Assembly: GCF_964204865.1 (NCBI RefSeq)
Contig: NC_135250.1
Coordinates: forward strand, 6,882,001-6,946,000
Length of the DNA stretch: 64,000 bases
Origin: Styela clava
Lineage: Eukaryota
Direction of reading: 5' to 3'
Below are positions 54,487 through 64,000 of the stretch, in pieces; position 1 is the first letter of the stretch, and the number at the start of each line of letters is the position of its first letter. The position numbers were made by a program, and so were the translations under genes. The notes below the pieces were generated by a model. That model had not been told where the DNA came from, ran no database searches, and saw only the letters and a list, made by a program, of their open reading frames with translations.

Positions 54487-54689
54487 GGTTCCATTCCATT
54501 TGAACCCACGTACATATGAACCCATGACAATTGCACCTGTATGCTATTGCACCTATGGAATTTTTTTTGTTTCACGGATAGTTAAACCCATACTAACCCT
54601 AACCCATGGGTTTTAGCACCCGCATATAGATTGAACCCGTGGATATACGCATGGGTTCAAATGTACATGGGTTCAAATGTACGGTCACC
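54487..54689. mobile_element. Small MITE with repeated TGAACCCA/TGGGTTCA arms
   Basis: It has inverted subrepeats and an internal CTAACCCTAACCC. The TSD is TTTGGTAG (9 bp with one mismatch). It is absent from twin gene E (~23080). Confidence 0.75.
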
Positions 54690-55162
54690 ATTTGGTAGAG
54701 CAAACTTTAGCTCAGTATCAAGGTGCAAAATTAATTTTGGCTCAATCCGTAACTCAATGCTGACCGGACGACAAAGTAAGGAGCAATAATAGGTCGGTGT
54801 GTTCCATTTCGGATTTCAAAAGTTCACCTAAATCCATTCGATCGACTATAATTGCTATTGACAGCTATTAACGCCGCTTAATCCCGGTTGAAAAACTTTT
54901 TTACCTCCTATAACAAAGAATCATAAGAAAATGCTTACAGAAATCGATTAGCAAGTAGGCCTGACCATTTTATAATAAATTATCTAAGGATATCAAAATT
55001 CTTTACTTTTCCGCTGATAAAATACTCTGGATTTCAGCAAAAATCCCGTCGAGAGTTTCTCTGAAATATTTGAGCAACATTGTAGACTCAATTACCGAAC
55101 GTGAATGCATAGAGAAAGATAGGGACAGAGCTGATTAATGAATACACTTTCTCGCATTACAG

Positions 55163-55690
55163 AGATGCAGGATTCTTATGAGCATCCGTCCAGTTGCTTC
55201 ACAGATTATGAGCATTTTTCCATGTGTTTGCAATGTGGTGGAAAAGATCATTATTTACTTCAGCAAAACACTTTACTCTTTGAAAGCAAAGAAATATCAT
55301 GTATAATATTGTATTCTCAAATGTTTCCCCGACCTTTGACCACAGACAAATTTTTTCTATACTTGCCATTGCGAATATTTTATAGCTTATTGTGAGAGTA
55401 TTTTCGCGAGTTGGCTCATGAAGAATGTATACATTTTTAAACGTACCATTTTGTCCCAAAATGTTTAATCAATTATAAGACGTCCCTCTGCCTTCACGTT
55501 GCCTTCATTATCGCAATGATACTGAGATTGAAAAGGAAGCTGGTTAGCTTCCATTGTTACTTAGGAAAGGCGGCAGTTGTTGGCATTTCCAATCCTGAAT
55601 TTTTAATAACATCTATCTTTTTGTATTGATTGGATAATGTCATAAATAGTTTTCAATTCTTATTTTCCAGGTCGACAATACATACGGCCC
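55163..55690 (+). pseudogene. Lipocalin relic (exon 5 with dead donor plus exon-6 stub)
   Basis: 55163-55246 reads MQDSYEHPSSCFTDYEHFSMCLQCGGK followed by AT. The stub TTCCAG|GTCGACAATACATA at 55671 is truncated by a MITE end. It duplicates the 11486 relic. Confidence 0.7.
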
Positions 55691-57572
55691 ATCATAAAAG
55701 CAGTTTTTCAAAGAAAAAAGTTGTGCACAGTTTTTAAAATTTTCCAAAGGGGGCGAGGCTCGAAAAGTTTAAGAAACACTGACGTAGTCGGTAGCGAGAA
55801 ATCTCTTCTACACGTTTTAAATGATTAATAATCTATGTTTCGCAGTTATTTTAAATAAAAACGTGTTGCTTATAAGTAAATGGATATCGATTTTCATATT
55901 TTATATATTTGAACATTTCGTGATTCTTTACTTTTCAATGAAAATATAAGACATTCTCCGAAAATAAGCCCTTGGTAGGGTTACCATATCTGGAGAGATA
56001 AAATTTCAATGAGCAGCATAGGCCAATTTTGCAACCAAAACACTTATATATAAATACTGTACAGTATTATGGTATAAATTTACGATGTATCCAAAGGCAC
56101 AAGTCGTCGTTTTCTCGTGAGAATAGAATAAATACAGAACAAAGCGAGGGGAGCCAAATTGTTGCTTAACCTTTAGCAATTAGTGACTAGACCTTAGCAC
56201 TGAATAAAGTAGGCCCACAGGTAAAGGTAGTGCAATCAAAATACCGATTACAAAATGCTGGAAATTCAGGTCATATGTGACATCACAATTATCCGAATGA
56301 GACGCAATCCATGTTGCACAAAAATGCTAGAATGTGATATATTGTCACGGTAGAAAGATGTTGCTACTGTGGTTGTATATGGATCAGAAGACTCAAGGAT
56401 TACAGATTGGTTGTTTATTGTACGGCAACTCCAATATCAAACTCAAAACAGCATAACAGATTACATCACTAAAGAACCAAAAATACGACCGACCCTCAGC
56501 CCGACGGCCGGAGAAAAGAGAGCGAGCGAATTACATAATTTTCCTCTTACGTGTAGTGAGTGGTCAGAGTCCAGTTCCGACAAAACAGCATTGAAAAAGG
56601 GTAAACATAACAGTCTATAAACACAAAAATATATATACAATATATATACAATATAAACGCGGACGCTATGGTCCGCGACAATATCTCTGAAAAAATAGGA
56701 TTTAGTGGATGCGCGATATCTAAAAAAAAATGGGGGATTTGTAGCAGGGATTCAATGTATTCGAAAATGTATTCTCTGACATTTAAGCACTTTTTAACAT
56801 TTCCTCCTGACGCAAATTTGGCGACTAAAATCCCGGATATGTCAGGGGAAAGAAAATATGGCGTATGGCAACCCTACCTAGTGGTATTTTTTGGAAGAAA
56901 ACTAAAATAAGTCCCAGTCGTATTTTGAGGGGAAACACAGTAGGCTGTACAGACAGTACAATGTTAAACACATCGAAAAGAACCGCTGTAATCGTAATGG
57001 ATTTGAACAGTGTAGTAACGAAGTCTTTTCATAAATCCTTTGTTAAAAAAAGGTTACCTTTGTTTCCGCTGAACTCGTACCGTTAAATTGTAGACTGTAT
57101 AGGCTAGTCGACTAGACTTTGACTTGCAGAGATTAAAGGTAACACCGATGCAGATACCGGTCTCTGCATCACTTTACATGTAGACCTTCCTATCAGGCGG
57201 TAAGTTTGGAATCACATTGAAGATGGTGCAGTTATCGCGAAAGTTGAGCCTTCATACGAAGCTAGGCAATTTAACAGTAGTTTTTGTGTGCATGTATTTT
57301 CGATTTATTTGAGTCCATCCATATCTTTAAGCATCGTTTTGCCGTGACTTTGTTATTCCCTGAATTGATAAGAATGATGTCATTGACAAACAGAGAATCT
57401 CGTAACGTCTGCATTTTGATATTGCATAGATTGAACATGCAGTGGAAACCTGCGTAGTGCATTGCATGTTAAGCAACATGTGAGAAAAACGTGGGGGAAG
57501 GGATTGCCGATTTAATATTGCTTTATCTGGGCATATTTCATTATTTCGTTGAAGACAGTTTAACGAGTAACA

Positions 57573-60083
57573 ATGATCTTCTCAAGCTGTGGATCCATAT
57601 TGATCGTTTGCTTGTTGTTCAATCCGGCAGTTGGAAAACCAGGATATCGTCGTGAAAACGAAAATTGCGCGTTGCCTGTTTTTGATGAAATCAATTATAA
57701 TATGGTAAGCATTCATAAAAATTATTGAATTGAGTTAAAAGAAAATTTACTTGACGATTGAAAGGGTTTGATTGCGCCACAAGTTGTACCATTTCAATTT
57801 TCCATCTTCTTCTGTGAAATTCTTGTTTCACTATATTCCAGCTTCCTGATTCTTGGTATCAAATTATGAACAGCAATGATCCAGTTGAACGCGGCGTGCC
57901 ATGTTATGCGATTAAATATTTCAGAGAAACTCCCGACGGAATTTTCGCTGAATTCCAGGGTATTTCATCAGCAGAAAAGTAAAATTTTTTTATATATATA
58001 CATAGATAATTTATTGTAAAATGGTTATCTACTAATTGGTTTCTCTAACGGTTTTGGAATGCACTGCCTTATAGGTCTTCGGATTTATATAGAAGGTAAA
58101 CAAGTTTGCCAACCGGAATGTGCGTCGTTAAGAACTGACCATAGCGAATAGATTCGGACGATAGAGATAGGTGAACTTTAAAATGGGGACTTTAAGATCC
58201 AAAATGGAACATACCGACGTATAACTTTATCGCCCGGTTAGTATCGAGTTGGTTACGAATTGAGCCAATTCGAATTATGTTTGCACCCTAATATTGAGTC
58301 AAAGTTACCCATATCAGGACTCTAAATCTATCGCGTTTTTCAGTGGAAATATGTCCGATACTTTCATATTTTACGATTTATAAAAGATGTAACAGCCGAC
58401 AAACTGATATAACAAACCATAGTAGAACGAATTCTGCAGACGCAGGGAATGTCTCAATCGGATATCCGATGAACCAATATTGAGTGTTTTATAAATTTAT
58501 ACGATATAACTTTTGTAAATAAATGTTTCACGACTGAAATAAAGAAAGTTACAAATGGAATTTTCAGTTTTCTGAGTAATGGCTTGCGTTTAACATGATT
58601 TTTTCTATGCAGAGGTTCAATGTCACTCAACGAAGTCATACCATTCCGTTGGTATCACAACGGCACTTCAGTCACAAGATACGACGCACGTTTCGGTACG
58701 TAAAAATTTGTACTTAATAAATTTATATTTGAGGTACTCTTAAATTTTTATAACAAATGATTATTTTTTGTAGAATTTTTATGGTCAAATATGGAAAAAC
58801 ATAACGGAGCGGGTGAACATGCTTTGGAAGGTAAATTTTTATGATAACTTTTATTATCATTAATTCAAATTGCTGAAAAATATTCTAGATAAAAAATTGA
58901 TCAAATCAGATCGACTCAAAAAACAACTATGTAGCAAATGTATATAATAAGGCAATCATAACAAAACATCGATATTTCGTTTTACTGCTTCAAGTGCCAT
59001 CAACCGTTAATTTATCTTTCACAAGAAGATGTATACGCTTTAAATATCTTTTTTGAATTGGCTCGGAAAGATACAGACATTCTTCAGTTTGTAAATACCT
59101 AATGTGCTCTGCTTTTGGTGATAAATATAACTTCAAAACAAGATATTGCCACAGTAAAAAACTCATTGTTTAACTCCAAATGAACAAACGTATTCTTGAG
59201 CTACAATTTTTATACTAAATATCTGTACCAAACGCTAATGCACAGAGAAAGATAGTGACAGAGCTGATCACTCTCTTGCATTGCAGAGCTTCGATACGTT
59301 TATGATCATCCGACGAGTCACTTCACAGATTACGAGCATTATTTAGTGGGCTTGGAGTGTGGTGAAGAAGGTCAGTATTGGTTTCACCTAAACACTTTCG
59401 GCTGCAATGCAATCAAATGTCAGAATATTATCATGTTAATAAATAGATTCATTTAAGCGTAACATGAAAGATTTATTTGAAAACGCTGGATTTTAAATAT
59501 TGGGAAGATATATCGATTCGCAATTACCTTTTATAAAATGGATCACCGAAACTAATCGGTCGTTGTCATCTCATAATGGTGTGCATGTTTTGCCGACCTT
59601 TGACCCTACGAAAATATTTCCTAGAAATTGACAGAGAAATAGAACTCGAACCTCCGGGAAACACTTATCATACTGTTCTCTTTTTAAAATAGTTAAGAAA
59701 AATTCACGTTTCCCAATTTACCATTGGTGAAATCAAAACTGACAATTTTATGATTGATTCTTATACTCTTTTGATTGAAGAAGTAAGCAGGTTTGCTTCC
59801 ATGACTAATTTGGGAAAGGCAGCAGTTGTTGCCATTTTAAATCGAGCGATTTTATTGAAGTCGATCATTCTGCATTGACAATATAACGTCATAAATACTT
59901 TCCAATTCTCTCTTTTCAGGTCCAAAGTATATATGGGTTCACAGTCGTAATCCACATCCCACTGCAGAAGACATTCTACGAGTACACAACAAGCTTGTTA
60001 CTATCGGTGGTGGCTTGAGCGCAGTTCCCTTGTACTTATCCGGCTGTCATAAATTTAGCATGCCTGAAACAATTGCTTATTAA
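57573..60083 (+). CDS. Secreted lipocalin (ApoD-like), copy L, intact, 218 aa, lacking two exon-5 cysteines
   Basis: Exons 57573-57704, 57842-57978, 58613-58695, 58774-58830, 59287-59370, 59920-60083. All introns are GT-AG and the frame is open. Exon 5 reads LRYVYDHPTSHFTDYEHYLVGLECGEE. Confidence 0.88.
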
Positions 60084-60158
60084 AATGCTAATGTGAACGT
60101 ATATGTTAACCGAGAGTGTTTATATTTACATAATAACTAAATATTATTTGTATTATAT

Positions 60159-60456
60159 GTGTTCAGAATATGGTACCAAGAATCAGGAAGCTGGAATATA
60201 GTGATACAAGATTTTTACAGAAGCTGGAAAATTCAAATGATACAGCTGGTGGCGCAGTTAAGCCCCATCATTCGTCAAGTAATTTTTCTTTCAACTCAGC
60301 TTAACAATTTTCATTAATGCTTACCATATTATAATTGACTTCATCAAACACGGGCAATGCGCAATTTTCGTTTTCACGACGATATCCTGGTTTTCCATCT
60401 GCCGGGTTGAACAACAAGCAAACGATCAAAATTGAGACAAAACTTGAAAAGATCAT
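60159..60456 (-). pseudogene. Lipocalin fragment M (exon 1 plus start of exon 2, with 5' flank to ~61270)
   Basis: Exon 1 at 60456-60325 is intact. Exon 2 starts at 60190 and is cut at ~60159, where it abuts the 3' flank of gene L. It is nearly identical to the 5' part of gene G. Confidence 0.8.
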
Positions 60457-63400
60457 TGTTACTCGTCCGACTGTCTTCAACGAAATGATAGCATGCATAT
60501 GCCTAGATAAACCAATAATAAATCGGGAATGTCGACAAAGTTAAATTGTTCGCTGCGTTTTTCTCACATGCTACTTGAAATGCAAGACATATTACGCTCG
60601 TTTCCACTGCAAGTTCAGTTCATTCAATATCACAATGCAGACGTTACGAGATTCTTTGTTTGTTAATGACATCATTCGTGTCAATTCAGGCAAAAACAAA
60701 GTCACGGCAAAACAAGGAGCGATGCCTGTTGGACTCGAAAGGATATACACACAAATCCCTACCTTCGAAGTGCCTAACTTTCTATGAAGGCCCTTTAATT
60801 CAAAAGATAACTCTATCCTCTTCAATGCGATTTCAAATTTACCGAATGATACTTTTATTTAAAATTTATATTCTATCTTTAAATAAGTCACATTTTACTT
60901 CAGTAATGTCGCTTTTCATCTGCGGTTAGATTGCATCCGAAACAACTCCTATTGGCGACAATATGTAATGATATTGCTTGATGTTTTCTAAAATGCCATT
61001 CGCTTTATGGTATTTGTCTGCTCAACCTAAAACGCTAGGAATGAGACTTGTGGACTTGTCGTCGCATGCATGTCTGTGCAATCGACCGAGTAAACAAAAA
61101 ATACATTTGGGGGGGCGGGGAGGGATTTATTCTTGTGAGTTTCACCGGAAGATCTGCATGTAAAATGATGCGGAAACCGGTATCTGCCTCGGTCGCGCTA
61201 TTGCTGTCGCTTGAAATCTCTATCCGAAAGTTTAAGTCCGGTCGACTACTTAGTCTACGATTAAACGTTTGAGTAACGCAGAAAAAAAATTAATCTTTTT
61301 ATTAAGAAAAGATTTATGAAAAATCAGACACTGAGCCGGTTTCATCCGGATTAAAAAAAAAATCAAATTATTTTGCTTCTCAACGGCACTAATTACATGT
61401 TTTTCAATTTCAGCTGACGAAGTGAACTTTCTGTCATTCCGCCATGTTCTTTGCCGCCATCGCACGTATTTTATTTCGGCTATTTCAGGAATGCTTTGCT
61501 ACGCTTGAGTGGCGAAAGATAGGTACGTCCTGTGATTTAGCAATCAATGAATTTAGCTATATCCTGAAGCCAATGAACAAGCTTCGGTTTTGCATTTTGA
61601 TGTAGTTTTTAAAGAATTTTATTAGCATGAGCATCTAGAAAGTCATTGAGTTAGGAGTTTACCATTTTTCTCTTAAATTCATTTCGGAATTCAAATATGC
61701 GAGCATTAATTGAATGATTATTTTGAGAATTACTACCTATGTCTGTATGTTTGAATTCGGCATTTGCTGACTTCTGGACTTGCAGTTACAGAGTTAAGAT
61801 ACCGTAGTCTTGTGTAGATGAGTAGTCATTTTGGATTTGTGTCCAGGGTGCTGAGTATAGTGCAACAGTACGACTTAACCGGAATACCGGTAGGTGCTCG
61901 CCACTAATACAGTCTGATAATACTGTAATAATTAGTTCAGATTATCGAGTGTGTTGCAAAGACACACAAATAGGTTAGAAGTTCACCATGCAAACGAAGA
62001 GACTTTATTAAAATGGTGTAAAATCCACGCTTAAAACAGATAAAATAAGAGCGACAAAATACGGCTCTCATCCAGCGACAGCAGAAGCAAGAAGAGAGAC
62101 ACTGCGAATCCGAAGCGCAGTTCACATATGCAGTGGTGGTTGAAGTTGAGTAACCGAATCTAACTATCGGGCGAATTAGGGTTCAGACTCCACACACCAA
62201 TGCACATGCAATAACCAGACAAGAAATATAAATAAAATAATAAACAATAAAAAATAGTACAACTCCAGTCCCGCCACAATAGAATACCAACCCTAACTTG
62301 ACTGAGTTGTATGGAATTATCAGTTCATTTTGGATATTCCAAATGTTTGAATGAAGCAATCAACAGCAAATCCACAGTGTCTGAATGGAAGCCATAATTT
62401 TCTCTATTAAATTTGACACATTCCATGATTTGATATTGGATAATATCATCTTATTAGAGCAATACCAATACTGTCAGCTGCAGTGTGTTGGTTACCAATT
62501 GTATCACAGACTACTCGACTGCAGTACAATCTGATAGTGTGTTAAGGATTTTCGATATATTGTTGTATAACCATTTGTTACGACCCAGAATACTACCTTC
62601 CATGCAACTAAATATGGCAGGTTAAGATGATTTGAGCGTAATAGGAGAAATACACTCATCCTCACTGCATTTCTTGACCATTAACCAGTTAAACCAGGAT
62701 GGCTTTATATCCAGCTATAGAAGCTTGTGTTTTGTTCTCGAATATCATATTTTTACCTGTTTTTTTGTTTTGTTATACAGAGTTTAAACTTAATATTGTG
62801 TGCACAAATAGAAGATGAAAAATGTTATAAATCACTGGGAATTCACTGAGGTTTTGGCATCCCTTCTCGAAAAGAAGCAGGATTTTTTCGGATTATTTTT
62901 CCAAGGAATCCGGATTCGGACGGATTCTGAAATAACGAAATTTTTTTTGGACGAATTGGGTTCTGTTTTTAGCGAGTCCGAACACCACTAATACCCATAC
63001 CACTTCGTTTGTTTTCGTCTCTATAGTGGTGGTCACGCTGTGCCAACTCTAAAACAGTGTCCACTTGGATCACAGTGTGCCGCAGATGTTGATACTAAAA
63101 TTTAACTTGTGGACGCGGTCTTTTTCTTATTATGCTCTGGCGGGACGGCACCTTCACGAACGAATATTACAGCCTGTGTTTTTCAAATACCCATAAACAA
63201 CAGTCTACTTGACTGGATACAATCAAAATTTATTATAACTTGGAAAACGTTTAACAGTCGTTCAAGGATTGCAAAATCATGTCGAACAGAATAACACTCG
63301 CCAAACAGTTGGTGAGGTACGAAAAAGCCGGTAATTAATTTACTCGGGTATAAACAAATACAGTACCAATAGATTTCTAAACAGTAAGAAAACATAATTG

Positions 63401-63885
63401 TCACACCTAAAGGAACACGAATGAATGACAAATATACAAGTTCATGATGGGAGAGCCAGAACTAACTGAGAACGCAATTAGCCTATCACAAGTGAGAACA
63501 CGTGGCGATAACCCAAAGTCGAAAGGTGATAGTCTCTTGCAGCACTTAGTGGACATAAAAATTGTTTGGCGTGGTTCCATGATCATATCTCGGATCTGCT
63601 GTTCAAACTGCCTCTACTGTAAAAGATTTGATACAACTTCGTTTTGGATTTCGTGTCCATATATTTGAGCATTGCCTTCCTGTTGTTAACATAGAGTTAA
63701 AGCCTAAACTTTTTCAACCAAAAGATTTATGAAATGACATCATAATTTCTCTGTTCAAATTCATCACGATTACTGGTTTACTTTTCGATATATAATAGAT
63801 ACTGTAATCTTGTATAATTTTGAGATGCATTGCCTAAAACTTATTACAATTAAATTTGATTGGCTGATATTTCGACATTGGCATT

Positions 63886-64000
63886 TTAGTAAGCAATTGT
63901 TTCTGGCATGCTAAATTTGCGACATTCGGATAGAAACAAGAAAACTGCGCTCCAGCCACCACCGATTGTAACAAGCTTGTTGTGCACTCGAAGAATGTCT
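63886..64000 (-). CDS. Last exon of a further lipocalin copy (N), continuing beyond the window
   Basis: Reads ..DILRVHNKLVTIGGGWSAVFLFLSECRKFSMPETIAY* with the stop at 63888-63886. Confidence 0.75.
   Translation of the reverse strand, partial: DILRVHNKLVTIGGGWSAVFLFLSECRKFSMPETIAY

Larger units (their letters stand above)
52687..55073 (-). pseudogene. Lipocalin pseudogene K (inverted twin of gene E, truncated in exon 2)
   Basis: Exon 2 remnant 55073-55007, exon 3 54225-54143, 45-nt exon 4 54057-54013, exon 5 53527-53444 with TAG (TDN*), and exon 6 from 52950 carrying a 100-bp tandem duplication. Confidence 0.85.

Noticed and set aside
61340-63600. Non-lipocalin sequence with short ORFs, possibly TE remnants
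   Set aside because: No motif, TIR pair or exon chain could be supported by eye, so it is left unannotated.

Overview
AT-rich eukaryotic (metazoan) genomic DNA with short introns and many small DNA transposons. It resembles an invertebrate chordate such as an ascidian, but the taxon is a guess. The ORF track is mostly misleading because the real genes are spliced. Reading splice sites by hand shows the window is dominated by a rearranged tandem/inverted cluster of a secreted six-exon lipocalin (ApoD-like) gene: signal peptide, xxWY motif, TDY motif, WxxSR motif, intron phases 0-2-1-1-1. There are eight apparently intact copies of 213-218 aa (A, D, E, F, G, H, I, L), about nine truncated or pseudogenised fragments, and one copy running off the right edge. 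Paralogue differences concentrate in the predicted ligand-entry loops while the last exon is nearly invariant. One copy has lost a family-specific Cys pair in a coordinated way, and one splice donor alternates between GT and GC. The cluster shows kb-scale direct and inverted duplications, mosaic paralogues, a decayed L1/Tx1-type RT, a decayed gag-like ORF1 with a long Cys-rich tail, a 1.4-kb foldback element and many hAT or Tc1-type MITEs. An MS4A/CD20-like tetraspan gene lies at the left end. All coordinates and translations were derived by eye; no database search was run.
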